A stretch of DNA of 64,000 nt from NCBI GenBank assembly GCA_900757795.1, contig CAAEPE010000045.1, forward strand, positions 33,062-97,061, written 5' to 3'. The position numbers and the translations under genes were made by a program. This DNA is from an uncultured Phascolarctobacterium sp. (GTDB lineage Bacteria; Bacillota; Negativicutes; Acidaminococcales; Acidaminococcaceae). Every line of letters starts with the position of its first letter. Position 1 is the first letter of the stretch. The notes below the pieces were generated by a model, which saw only the letters and a program-made list of their open reading frames with translations, searched no databases and had not been told where the DNA came from. Positions 37,706 to 47,564 of the stretch are shown one piece after another.

Positions 37706-38614
37706 TTATGCTCTTGGATGATGTTCTTTATAGACAGATGCAATGTGTTCTGTAGTTACGTGAGTATAAATTTGAGTGGTGGACAAATTAGCATGACCTA
37801 AAAGCTCTTGTACAGCACGTAAATCTGCACCATGAGCCAAAAGATGTGTAGCAAAAGTATGGCGGATAGTGTGTGGACTGACGTTTTTCTTAATAGCAAG
37901 CTGGGAAATATATTTATCCAGTACACGTCGTACACTTCTATCAGTTAAAACACCGCCGCGGCTATTCACAAAAATGAAATTATGTTCCTGCACACGGTAC
38001 TTTTTCATGAGCTCGTCCCTATAAGGATAATAGGCAGCTAAAGCATTACAAGAGCTGTGACCTAAAGGAACAAGACGTTCTTTATTGCCCTTACCTAATA
38101 AAATTACAAAACGATTGCCTAAATCAATTCTGTCTAAGGTTAAGCCAACTAGCTCGCTGACGCGGCAGCCAGTAGCATACAATAGCTCTAATATTGCCTG
38201 ATCGCGTCTGCCCAAAGGCTTTTCGTCCGGCATATTTAAAAGTTCGTTAATTTCTTCCTCATCAAGAAAAGTCGGCAGCTTTTTATCCAGCTTAGGAGAA
38301 TGAATTTTGGCGGTAGGACTATTTTCAATAATATTTTCTCGCACCAAAAACTTGTAAAAGGAACGTAAAGCAGATACTCTTCTAGATATAGTTCTGCGCG
38401 CATATTGCTTACTGTTTAAAAAAGCTAAATAAGCGCGGATATCCAAAGGTCCTACATTTTCCCAAATAAGCGGATTTTGCGAACGCTCCTGCATAAAATT
38501 GGCAAAGCTTTGCAAATCTCTGCGATAATTACTAACAGTCAGCTCGGAGTCGTTTTTTTCTACTGCTAGATAAGTTAAAAATTTTTCAGGATAATTGCTT
38601 AAAGTAGTTACCAT
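37706..38614 (-). CDS. xerC: Tyrosine site-specific recombinase XerC
   Basis: Catalytic R...K...HxxR...Y (HTIRHTFATHLL, LGHANLSTTQIYTHV) and the conserved position upstream of codY. The start is probably ATG 38614 with an AGAGGT RBS. Confidence 0.8.
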   Translation of the reverse strand: MVTTLSNYPEKFLTYLAVEKNDSELTVSNYRRDLQSFANFMQERSQNPLIWENVGPLDIRAYLAFLNSKQYARRTISRRVSALRSFYKFLVRENIIENSPTAKIHSPKLDKKLPTFLDEEEINELLNMPDEKPLGRRDQAILELLYATGCRVSELVGLTLDRIDLGNRFVILLGKGNKERLVPLGHSSCNALAAYYPYRDELMKKYRVQEHNFIFVNSRGGVLTDRSVRRVLDKYISQLAIKKNVSPHTIRHTFATHLLAHGADLRAVQELLGHANLSTTQIYTHVTTEHIASVYKEHHPRA

Positions 38615-38711
38615 CAATTTGAAACCTCTTTTGTTATATCCTATCACAAATTTGTTATGAAAACAAGAATGTTGTTATATTCTTCTCAATTTTCTAATTC
38701 CTTACCAAATG

Positions 38712-38744
38712 TACAAAAAAACAGTGCTCCCTTAGAAGCACTGT
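38712..38744 (-). terminator. Terminator after trmFO
   Basis: Stem ACAGTGCT/AGCACTGT followed on the minus strand by TTTTTTTG. Confidence 0.55.
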
Positions 38745-38831
38745 TCGCCGTTGAAGCAGTTATGAAAAAATTTACATTACTTATCATAAATTATTCGTGA
38801 AAAGTTGTCAAGAAATTTTAACTTTAAACTA

Positions 38832-40160
38832 TTATTCATTTTCAGAAGAATTCTTTAGCTCTTTAAGAAAATCATCTAAAGCTTCTAAAGCACGAGCCGC
38901 TATTTGTGCGTTCTTTTCTTTCTTCTTACGCACGCGCACTGCCAGCGGCGGAATCAAGCCAAAATTCACATTCATAGGCTGAAAATTTTCAATAGCTTCG
39001 TTACTGATATATTTTGCCAAAGCGCCATGAGCTGTTTCGGCCGGAAAAGTAATTTGTGGCAAGCCCAGCTGCGAACGCGCAGCAGCAATACCTGCCATGA
39101 GACCGGATGCAGCAGATTCAACATATCCTTCAACGCCAGTCATCTGCCCCGCAAAATAAAAGCGCTGATTTTGGCGCAGGCAGAAATGTTCGTCCAAAAG
39201 CTGCGGCGAATTGAGATAGGTGTTTTTGTGCATAACGCCATAACGCACAAATTCAGCATTTTCCAAGCCGGGAATCATACCGAAAACGCGCTTTTGTTCT
39301 CCCCATTTTAAGTGAGTTTGAAAACCAACTATATTATATAAGGAAGCAGCGGCATTATCCTGTCGCAGCTGCACAACGGCATAAGCTTCTTTGCCATTAC
39401 GCGGATCAATCAAACCAACAGGCTTTAAGGGACCAAAACGCATGGTATCCTCACCACGGGCAGCCATTTCCTCAATAGGCATACAAGCTTCAAAAACGTC
39501 ATGCTCAAAATCCTTGACGGGAGCGCTTTCTGCTTTGCATAATTCTTGCCAAAAGGCTATGTATTCTTCCTTGGTATAAAAAGGACAGTTCAAATAATCT
39601 GCTCCGCCTTTGTCATATCTAGAAGCACGATAAACCTTATTATAATCGAGAGAATCAGCTGTTACAATAGGTGCAGCAGCGTCAAAAAAGTGAAAGTATT
39701 CCTTTTGCAGCAGCTCTTGAATATTACGCGAAAGAGTGTCAGAGGTTAATGGTCCGCTGGCGACAATAATCGTTCCCTCTAAAGCTTCTAGGTTGGTAAC
39801 TTCTTCATAAACTATGGTTACCAAGGGATTATTCTTGATCGCTTCTGTTACGCTTTGAGCAAAACCGTCCCTATCTACTGCTAGCGCTCCGCCCGCAGGC
39901 ACTTGATATTTATATGCTTGCTCCATGATTAAGGAGCCCAAACGGTGCATTTCTTCTTTTAACAAGCCAACGGCATTTTCTATATTAGCTGCCCGCAGGC
40001 TATTGCTGCATACAAGCTCAGCAAAATAAGCAGTTTTGTGAGCAGCGTCGCTTTTTATAGGACGCATTTCGTGTAGGATTACGGGAATACCGTATTTTGT
40101 AACTTGATTAGCGGCTTCACAGCCTGCCAATCCAGCGCCGATAATATGTATAGGTTGCAT
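38832..40160 (-). CDS. trmFO: Methylenetetrahydrofolate--tRNA-(uracil54-C5)-methyltransferase TrmFO (Gid)
   Basis: FAD-binding [13 protein letters not shown]-terminus, the TrmFO/GidA family, and the conserved position between topA and xerC. Confidence 0.85.
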   Translation of the reverse strand: MQPIHIIGAGLAGCEAANQVTKYGIPVILHEMRPIKSDAAHKTAYFAELVCSNSLRAANIENAVGLLKEEMHRLGSLIMEQAYKYQVPAGGALAVDRDGFAQSVTEAIKNNPLVTIVYEEVTNLEALEGTIIVASGPLTSDTLSRNIQELLQKEYFHFFDAAAPIVTADSLDYNKVYRASRYDKGGADYLNCPFYTKEEYIAFWQELCKAESAPVKDFEHDVFEACMPIEEMAARGEDTMRFGPLKPVGLIDPRNGKEAYAVVQLRQDNAAASLYNIVGFQTHLKWGEQKRVFGMIPGLENAEFVRYGVMHKNTYLNSPQLLDEHFCLRQNQRFYFAGQMTGVEGYVESAASGLMAGIAAARSQLGLPQITFPAETAHGALAKYISNEAIENFQPMNVNFGLIPPLAVRVRKKKEKNAQIAARALEALDDFLKELKNSSENE

Positions 40161-40202
40161 GTAGTTAAATTTCCTCGCTGAATAAAAAGTTAAATAAATT
40201 TT

Positions 40203-42401
40203 TTAGCCTTTTGCTACTGTTGTTTTTCTAGCTTTAGTAGTCTTGGCCGCTTTTTTAACACTAGTTTTAGACTTTGCATTCACCGTTTTTTTAGATGCTG
40301 TTTTAGCAGCTATACTTTTAACACCGCCGGCAGGACGTGCATTGATACATTCAGGATTGCTGCAATATTTACGCTTGCGACCGCTGCGTTCAGTATGCTC
40401 TATCAGCATGTGCCCGCATTTTTCACAGGTTTCGTTCAGCGGTAAATCCCAAGTAGTAAAGTTACAAGCAGGATATTTTTCACAGCCATAAAAAATCTTG
40501 CCGGTTTTAGTTGTTCGTTCTATAAGCTCGCTGCCGCATTGAGGACAAGCAACGCCAATCTTTTTCAGCAACGGTTTTGCATTGCGACATTCCGGAAAAC
40601 CTGGGCAAGCTAAAAATTTACCGAAGCGTCCTTCTTTAATAACCATCAGACGTCCACATTTTTCGCATGGCACATCGCTGATTTCCGGAGGCGCAGGCGG
40701 CAGGGCAGGACATTGGACATCAAAGCGTTCTACATCTTCTCTGAAAGGAACATAAAATTTACGCAGTACCTCTATCCAATCTGCTTTATTTTCAGCAATT
40801 TCATCTAAATAATTTTCCATTTCGGCAGAGAAATGAATACTGATGAGCTTATCAAAATACTCTGTCAGCATTTCAGTAGTCTGCTTGCCAAGCTCTGTGA
40901 TTAAAAGCTTTTTGCCTTCCTTAACAACGTAACCACGACCGATAATAGTTACGATAGTAGGTGCATAGGTAGAAGGACGGCCAATGCCTTTTTCTTCCAG
41001 TTCTTTAATCAAAGTGGCTTCGCTAAAATGTGCAGGCGGCTCCGTAAAATGCTGTTCCGCAGGCAAAAGCTTGTGCAAAAGCAGCTCTTTACCCACCTCA
41101 ATATATGGCACGCTTTTATCCTTTTCTTCATCAGTCAGCTTAGCATTTAAGGCTAAAAAGCCAGGAAAACGCAAAACAGAACCCGTGGCGCGCAATTCAT
41201 AATCACCGGCACCGATTTGCAGTGTCGTGGTATCGTAAATTGCGTCACTCATTTGACTGGCGACAGCGCGTTGCCAAATTAAAGTATAAAGCTTAAGCTG
41301 GTCCACTGTTAAATGTCCGGCAATCTCCTGGGGTGTACGTAAAATACTGGTAGGACGAATGGCCTCGTGGGCATCCTGTGCATTCTTTTTCGCACTATAA
41401 TGATTGGGTTTCGGCGAACAATATTCGTTACCTAAATTATTTTTAATATAGTCGCGAATTTCGTCAATAGCTACATCAGCTAAACGCACGGAATCAGTTC
41501 TCATATAGGTAATAAGACCTACGGCAGCTTTGCCTAGAGAAACGCCCTCGTAAAGCTGCTGTGCGACCATCATGGTTTTTTTAGCAGAAAAATTCAACTT
41601 TTTATTTGCTTCCTGCTGTAAATTGGAAGTAGTAAACGGCGGTACAGGATGGCGTTTGCGCTCCTTGCGCTCCGCTTTGTTAACGACGTATTGTGCCTGC
41701 GCCAACGCTGCTTCGGCGGCATGAGCTTGCTCTGCGTTACTTAGCTCCAGTTTTTTCCCTTTATATTTTACAGTTTCAGCTTCGAAAATAGGTGCTTTGG
41801 CATTTTCGCGCAGCTTAGCGCTTAAAGTCCAATATTCCTGTGGCTCAAACTCTTCAATTTCTTTATCGCGGTCTGCAACAATTTTTACGACCACAGACTG
41901 TACACGACCGGCACTTAAGCCTTTACGAATTTTACGCCATAATAGCGGACTTAATTCATAACCTACAATACGGTCTAAAATACGTCTTGTCTGCTGCGCA
42001 TTGACCATATCCATATCGATGCCGCGAGGATGCTTAATAGCGTCTTTTACAGCATTATTAGTAATTTCGTGAAAAACAATACGGCAGCTGTTATCCTGGG
42101 GTAAATCCAAAATATGCGCCAGATGCCAGCTGATAGCTTCGCCTTCACGATCAGGGTCTGTTGCCAAATAAACTTTATCAGCTTTTTTAGCTAAGGTTTT
42201 CAGTTCTTTAATCAATTCGCCTTTGCCGCGGATATTTATATATTTAGGCTCAAAATTATGCTCTACATCTACGCCAAAGGTACTTTTTGGCAAATCACGC
42301 AGATGTCCCATAGAAGCCTTTACCTTGTAATTTTTTCCTAAAAATTTTTCAATTGTCTTGGATTTCGTAGGTGATTCTACGATAACCAGATTCATTGTCA
42401 T
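40203..42401 (-). CDS. topA: DNA topoisomerase I
   Basis: TOPRIM N-terminus (LVIVESPTK), active-site Tyr region, three C-terminal C4 zinc ribbons and a Lys-rich tail. Confidence 0.9.
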   Translation of the reverse strand: MTMNLVIVESPTKSKTIEKFLGKNYKVKASMGHLRDLPKSTFGVDVEHNFEPKYINIRGKGELIKELKTLAKKADKVYLATDPDREGEAISWHLAHILDLPQDNSCRIVFHEITNNAVKDAIKHPRGIDMDMVNAQQTRRILDRIVGYELSPLLWRKIRKGLSAGRVQSVVVKIVADRDKEIEEFEPQEYWTLSAKLRENAKAPIFEAETVKYKGKKLELSNAEQAHAAEAALAQAQYVVNKAERKERKRHPVPPFTTSNLQQEANKKLNFSAKKTMMVAQQLYEGVSLGKAAVGLITYMRTDSVRLADVAIDEIRDYIKNNLGNEYCSPKPNHYSAKKNAQDAHEAIRPTSILRTPQEIAGHLTVDQLKLYTLIWQRAVASQMSDAIYDTTTLQIGAGDYELRATGSVLRFPGFLALNAKLTDEEKDKSVPYIEVGKELLLHKLLPAEQHFTEPPAHFSEATLIKELEEKGIGRPSTYAPTIVTIIGRGYVVKEGKKLLITELGKQTTEMLTEYFDKLISIHFSAEMENYLDEIAENKADWIEVLRKFYVPFREDVERFDVQCPALPPAPPEISDVPCEKCGRLMVIKEGRFGKFLACPGFPECRNAKPLLKKIGVACPQCGSELIERTTKTGKIFYGCEKYPACNFTTWDLPLNETCEKCGHMLIEHTERSGRKRKYCSNPECINARPAGGVKSIAAKTASKKTVNAKSKTSVKKAAKTTKARKTTVAKG

Positions 42402-42412
42402 TTTCTTTCCCC

Positions 42413-43546
42413 CTACCTACGGTAGTATTGCTGGGCTTGATTTTGTGCAATCAGGCCTGCTCCCTGTAATTCCAAAAGCTCCATGCCCACTGAGGCAAAG
42501 TCTGCGCCGCTTTTTTCGGTCAGCGCTTCTAGCGAAAGCGCTCCGCCCTGCAACAGCGCAAGTAATTGCGCGCCTAATTTAGTTGTCACAATATTAGAAG
42601 TAGATTTTTCTTCCTGTTCAAGATAATTAAAATTAAATATTGAGGGCTGAAAAATTCTCTCATGCTGAGCCAATTCCCAGCTTGCTTTATCTTCTAAAAT
42701 ATGTTCCGGCTTGTCGATTAGCTTCGCACCAGTGCGTATCAACTCGTGACAACCGATACTAGTACGGTCGAAAATATTGCCCGGTACACAATAAACCTCT
42801 CTTCCGGCATCGGCAGCAAGATTAGCAGTAATAATAGCGCCGCTCCTTTTCGCCGCTTCTGCAACAAGTACGCCTTGACTTAAACCTACAATAATGCGGT
42901 TACGCGCAGGAAAATTATAATTAAAAGGCAATACTCCCGGCGCATATTCTGTAATAACAGCTCCGCCTTGAGCAACGATTTCAGTATAAAGTCTGCCATT
43001 TTCCTCAGGATATACTATGTCTAAGCCGCAGCCAAACACAGCTACCGTTTGACCTCCGGCAGCTAAGCAGGCCTTATGGGCAGCGGTATCAATACCGCGA
43101 GCACCACCGCTGATAATCGGTATCCCACAGCGAGCAAGCTGCTCAGAAAAATACGTTGCGGCTCGCCTGCCATATTCAGTGCATGACCGAGAGCCAACTA
43201 TTGCTATACTATAGTCGGCAGCAGGCAATTTGCCCTTAACATATAGCACTAAAGGTGGATTTGCAATCTGTTTTAAGCAGTTGGGATAATCTGCGTCAGC
43301 GTAGCTCACTAATTTGACATTGTTCTGTTTGCAAAAACGAGCTATTTTTTTAGGTAAATTGCTGCTTCTATGCGATATGAATTTATTAATCACAGATTCC
43401 GTTACTAGGCCTGTACTTTTTAAAGCTGCTGCATCAGCTTCAAAAACTGCCCGCGCACTTCCCAAACGTTCCACAAGCTGTGGTAATACAGCTCGATTGA
43501 TTCCCGAAGCAAAAGCGCAAATTGCGGCTAAATATAGTGTATCCAT
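42413..43546 (-). CDS. dprA: DNA-processing protein DprA (Smf)
   Basis: Rossmann-like DprA core (AIVGSRSCTEYG, GGARGIDTAAH). The likely start is MDTLYL (43546) with a GGGAGGA RBS. Confidence 0.85.
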   Translation of the reverse strand: MDTLYLAAICAFASGINRAVLPQLVERLGSARAVFEADAAALKSTGLVTESVINKFISHRSSNLPKKIARFCKQNNVKLVSYADADYPNCLKQIANPPLVLYVKGKLPAADYSIAIVGSRSCTEYGRRAATYFSEQLARCGIPIISGGARGIDTAAHKACLAAGGQTVAVFGCGLDIVYPEENGRLYTEIVAQGGAVITEYAPGVLPFNYNFPARNRIIVGLSQGVLVAEAAKRSGAIITANLAADAGREVYCVPGNIFDRTSIGCHELIRTGAKLIDKPEHILEDKASWELAQHERIFQPSIFNFNYLEQEEKSTSNIVTTKLGAQLLALLQGGALSLEALTEKSGADFASVGMELLELQGAGLIAQNQAQQYYRR

Positions 43547-43734
43547 GTATTTGTCCTCCCATACAAATAATTTACCGATGTAAAATATTATGTAAGTCAG
43601 GACCAACTACACGCCACAGCCTTCATAATATGCAATTTTCTTCATTATAAAGAAGAAAAACGTATAGGTCAAGAGCTATTTTGTTTATATTTCACAGCAT
43701 TAGTGCATATTAGCTCTCAAACCATACGTTTAAC

Positions 43735-44844
43735 TCATTTTTTACTGTTTAATTTTTCTATAACATATTCACAAATTTTTTCTGCAGCGTCAGCTTTTTC
43801 GTAGGCAGGCTTAGCTATTTTACTGCTGTCGCCGCCGCAAAGGGACTTTACAGCTTTAATCAGAGACGGAATATCTTTTGCTACCTGCACGTGATAAAAA
43901 TGCTTTAAAAAGTTGGCATTGCCTTCTTCCTGTCCTGGCAGCGGTTTATAAATAATAAAATCCATGTGAGATGCTAAAACTTCGGCAGAGGTCAAACCGC
44001 CTGCTTTAGTAATCACCATATCTGCCGCTGACATCATAGCTGGCACATCGTTACGAAAGCCGTAAATTTCTACGTTATTATTGCGAGCAAAATTTTTATG
44101 CAGCGCAGCTGCCATTTTAGTATTACGCCCCGTAATGGCAATAATTTTCAGCTGAGGAATTTTCTCCTGCACTAAAAATTGCACAATGCTTTCCATGGGC
44201 AAGAGGCCCTCGCCGCCGCCCATCAGCAGGCATATTTTTTCATTAGGCCGCCAACCGTACTGGCAGCGATTTTTTTCTCTGTCCTGCTCTAAAAATTCCT
44301 GCCGCACCGGAATACCAAAAGCTTGTACATCAGCGGTTACCGTTAGTTTACTTTGCAGTCGTTCATCAGCAATAAAATAAGTATCTACGCTTTCGCAAAG
44401 CCACCAGCGGTGAACGGTAAAGTCGGTCACTACTGCTCCCAGCCAAAGCTGCGGATGGCGTTCTTTATAATAGCACATAATGCCAGCAGGCGTAGCATGA
44501 GTTGCTATAACTGCGTCAGGCTGCACTTTATTCAGAAAGCTGCCGCCTAATTTTGCCAGGCACCGGTTTAAAAGGCTGCGCAGCCATAAAGAACCGCCCT
44601 GTTTATCTCCCCATTTATAAGCCAGCTCGTAAAGCCGCGGACATTTATCTAATATCCATAAATAGCTGTGCAAAAAAGCTGTGCCTAAAAAGCTGGGGAA
44701 AAAATCAAAAATATTACCGTGAATTACCTCTACGTCAGCTTGCTGGCGCAGAACCTCTTCTATGGCTTCGGCGGCCAGCTTATGCCCCGAACCAATTGGC
44801 GCTGATAGTAATAAAATTGTGTATTTTTTCTTTTGCGTGTTCAT
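43735..44844 (-). CDS. MGDG-synthase-family (UgtP/MurG-like GT28) glycolipid glycosyltransferase
   Basis: N-terminal SAPIGSGH motif and the C-terminal GT-B nucleotide-binding half (GGGEG...ITKAGGLT), as in processive diacylglycerol glucosyltransferases. Confidence 0.75.
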   Translation of the reverse strand: MNTQKKKYTILLLSAPIGSGHKLAAEAIEEVLRQQADVEVIHGNIFDFFPSFLGTAFLHSYLWILDKCPRLYELAYKWGDKQGGSLWLRSLLNRCLAKLGGSFLNKVQPDAVIATHATPAGIMCYYKERHPQLWLGAVVTDFTVHRWWLCESVDTYFIADERLQSKLTVTADVQAFGIPVRQEFLEQDREKNRCQYGWRPNEKICLLMGGGEGLLPMESIVQFLVQEKIPQLKIIAITGRNTKMAAALHKNFARNNNVEIYGFRNDVPAMMSAADMVITKAGGLTSAEVLASHMDFIIYKPLPGQEEGNANFLKHFYHVQVAKDIPSLIKAVKSLCGGDSSKIAKPAYEKADAAEKICEYVIEKLNSKK

Positions 44845-44992
44845 AATCTACACCATTAAATCGACATTTCAAAAAATAGTACAAATTTTTTGTAAAACGC
44901 TTGAATAACAAACGCTAATATTGTATCATATTTTCAATAACATTCAATGCTGGAATGCTAAATTAGAAGAAAATTTTTGGGAGGCTCTAAAA

Positions 44993-46045
44993 ATGACAAA
45001 CAGATTGCCTGTTGAAAGCTTTCACTTTCCTGTAGAACAAATCAAAGCTGGTTATTACACTGATGCTTATTTCATGCGCTCGGCAGAAATCTTAAACGGT
45101 GACAATTACCATCCTCGTGTGTTGATGCAAGTTTTTCCCCGTGCCAATGTAGTTGTTTGCGGCATTGACGAAGTTATTGCATTAATTAAGACCTGTGCCT
45201 TCCATCCAGAAAATATTGTTATCCATGCGCTCCACGACGGCGACGAAGTAGAAGAATGGGAAACAATAATGACTATTGAAGGCGACTATGCAGATTTCGC
45301 TCATTTGGAAACTTTGTACTTGGGTATTTTAGCGCGTCAAAGCCGTATTGCTACTAACGTGCGCAAGGTTGTTAAAGCAGCTAACGGTAAGCCTGTGCTG
45401 TTCTTCCCTGCTCGCTACGATATTTATCAAACTCAAGAAAGCGACGGTTATGCAGCTAAAATCGGCGGTATCAACGGTTTTTCTACTGATGCTAACGCTT
45501 TAGCCAGCGGCGGCAAGGGTTTAGGCACTATTCCCCACGCTTTAATCGCTTCCTATAATGGCGATACCGTTGCCGCAACAGAAGCATTTGACAAATATGT
45601 TGATCCATCTATTGCACGCATTGCTTTAGTAGATTTTGATAACGACTGCGTAAATACCTCTTTGGCTGTTGCACGCAAGCTGGGTAAAAAGCTGGCAGGC
45701 GTTCGTCTTGATACCTCCGGCAGTATGGTTGATAAAAGCCTGTGGACACAGATTGGCACCTTTAAGCCTACCGGCGTATGCAAAGAATTGGTTTGCAATG
45801 TGCGTCGCGCTTTAGATGCCGAAGGCTTTAATCATGTAAAAATTATTGTTTCCGGCGGTTTTGACGCAGCTCGTGTTGCTGCTTTTGAAGAAATGGGCGT
45901 TCCTGTTGATACTTATGCTGTTGGTTCCTCTTTCTTTGACGGCAATATTAACTTTACGGCAGACATTGTTAAAGTTAATGGTAAGGACTGCGCTAAAGCT
46001 GGCCGCAAATATAATCCTAATCCCAAAATGGAATTAATAAAATAA
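44993..46045 (+). CDS. pncB: Nicotinate phosphoribosyltransferase (short, archaeal-like form, type II PRTase family)
   Basis: Type II PRTase fold motifs (TDAYF, RLDTSG, GGFD). GGGAGG RBS before ATG 44993; the ORF track starts at 44921. Confidence 0.7.
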   Translation: MTNRLPVESFHFPVEQIKAGYYTDAYFMRSAEILNGDNYHPRVLMQVFPRANVVVCGIDEVIALIKTCAFHPENIVIHALHDGDEVEEWETIMTIEGDYADFAHLETLYLGILARQSRIATNVRKVVKAANGKPVLFFPARYDIYQTQESDGYAAKIGGINGFSTDANALASGGKGLGTIPHALIASYNGDTVAATEAFDKYVDPSIARIALVDFDNDCVNTSLAVARKLGKKLAGVRLDTSGSMVDKSLWTQIGTFKPTGVCKELVCNVRRALDAEGFNHVKIIVSGGFDAARVAAFEEMGVPVDTYAVGSSFFDGNINFTADIVKVNGKDCAKAGRKYNPNPKMELIK

Positions 46046-46067
46046 TTTTATTTTGACATGAAAAATT

Positions 46068-46106
46068 AAGCACTGGGGAAACTAACCTCAGTGCTTTTGT
46101 CTTCTT
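46068..46106 (+). terminator. Terminator after the NAPRTase gene
   Basis: Stem AAGCACTG/CAGTGCTT followed by TTGTCTTCTT. Confidence 0.5.
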
Positions 46107-46125
46107 AAATATGGAGGTGATTTTT

Positions 46126-47352
46126 ATGAGTTTAAATACTACTCCTGCCGCAGAACGTATTCATATAGGTATTTTCGGCAGACGCAACGCTGGCAAATCC
46201 AGCCTTATCAACGCTATTACCAGCCAAAATTTAGCGATAGTAAGCGAGCAAAAGGGCACTACTACTGACCCGGTCTATAAAGCTATGGAGCTGCTGCCTT
46301 TAGGTCCAGTCATGATTATCGACACTCCCGGTATCGACGACGAAGGCGAACTGGGCAAACTGCGCATTGAAAAAGCCTATCAAGTGCTTAACAAATGCGA
46401 TATAGTGCTTTTAGTTGTAGATGCACAAATTGGTTTAACCGGTGAAGATATAGCCTTGTGGCGCAGAATACAAGAAAAAAATTTACCGGCTATCCTCGTT
46501 TTGAACAAAATTGAAATGTTAGAGGATATGCAAAAGGCTCTTTTAACAGTCAACGTAATGAAGCTAACCAAGCATTGCCTGTTAGTCAGCGCAGAAACCG
46601 GCGAAAATATTCATGAATTAAAGGAGACTATTGCTGCCTTAAAGCCCAAAGAAATTGAGCGCCAGCTAGTTGGCGATTTATTACAGCCTTTAGACGTAGT
46701 AATCCTAGTAACACCTATTGACAGCGCTGCTCCTAAAGGACGCTTAATTCTCCCCCAGCAGCAGGTACTGCGTAACGTCATAGATAATAATGCAGTTGCT
46801 ATGGTTGTGCAGGAAAATGAATTGGCGCAAGCACTTTTGAAGCTGAATGAATCACCGCGCCTGATTATTACTGACAGCCAAGTTTTTGCCAAGGTAAGCC
46901 AAATAGTGCCGCCCTCCATTCCCCTTACCTCTTTTTCTATTTTGATGGCACGCTATAAAGGAACCTTATACAATGCAGTAAAGTCGGTACGCGCGTTAGA
47001 TGAAATTAAAGACGGTGATAAAATTCTCATCAGCGAGGGTTGCACACACCACCGTCAATGCCAGGATATTGGTACAGTAAAGCTGCCTAACTGGATTCGC
47101 AGCTACACTCATACCGAACCGGAATTTTGCTTTACCAGCGGTACGGAATTTCCCTCTGATTTAAGCAAGTATAAACTGATTATCCATTGCGGTGCTTGTA
47201 TGCTTAATGAAAAGGAAATTCTTCACCGCAATAAAACTGCAGTTGCGCAAAATATTCCTATGACTAATTACGGTATTGCCATTGCCTACATGAATGGCAT
47301 TTTAAAACGTACCGTCTCTCCTCTGCCGGAAATTGCGAAGCTGTTGGAATGA
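46126..47352 (+). CDS. hydF: [FeFe]-hydrogenase H-cluster maturation GTPase HydF
   Basis: N-terminal GTPase (GRRNAGKSSLIN, DTPG, NKIE) and a C-terminal domain with the CxHx(n)HCxxC cluster-binding motif (EGCTHHRQC...HCGAC). GGAGGTG RBS. Confidence 0.8.
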   Translation: MSLNTTPAAERIHIGIFGRRNAGKSSLINAITSQNLAIVSEQKGTTTDPVYKAMELLPLGPVMIIDTPGIDDEGELGKLRIEKAYQVLNKCDIVLLVVDAQIGLTGEDIALWRRIQEKNLPAILVLNKIEMLEDMQKALLTVNVMKLTKHCLLVSAETGENIHELKETIAALKPKEIERQLVGDLLQPLDVVILVTPIDSAAPKGRLILPQQQVLRNVIDNNAVAMVVQENELAQALLKLNESPRLIITDSQVFAKVSQIVPPSIPLTSFSILMARYKGTLYNAVKSVRALDEIKDGDKILISEGCTHHRQCQDIGTVKLPNWIRSYTHTEPEFCFTSGTEFPSDLSKYKLIIHCGACMLNEKEILHRNKTAVAQNIPMTNYGIAIAYMNGILKRTVSPLPEIAKLLE

Positions 47353-47454
47353 TTTGCTTTTACAACAAGACATACTAAAAGCGCACGCCTCTGCTGAAAA
47401 AGCAGGGGCTTATTTTATGCTAAAATCTAACACTTCTTCTCTGCTAAATCTACA

Positions 47455-47507
47455 TACAAAACCAGCCTAACAATTTACTGCGAAATCGTTAGGCTGGTTT
47501 ATTTTTT
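47455..47507. terminator. Bidirectional terminator between the hydF region and purL
   Basis: 10-bp stem CCAGCCTAAC/GTTAGGCTGG with T-runs on both strands. Confidence 0.55.
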
Positions 47508-47564
47508 ATGAACTTATCAAAAATTTACAATATGGCTTTGCCTGAAAGGCTATCTTGCCAGCTA

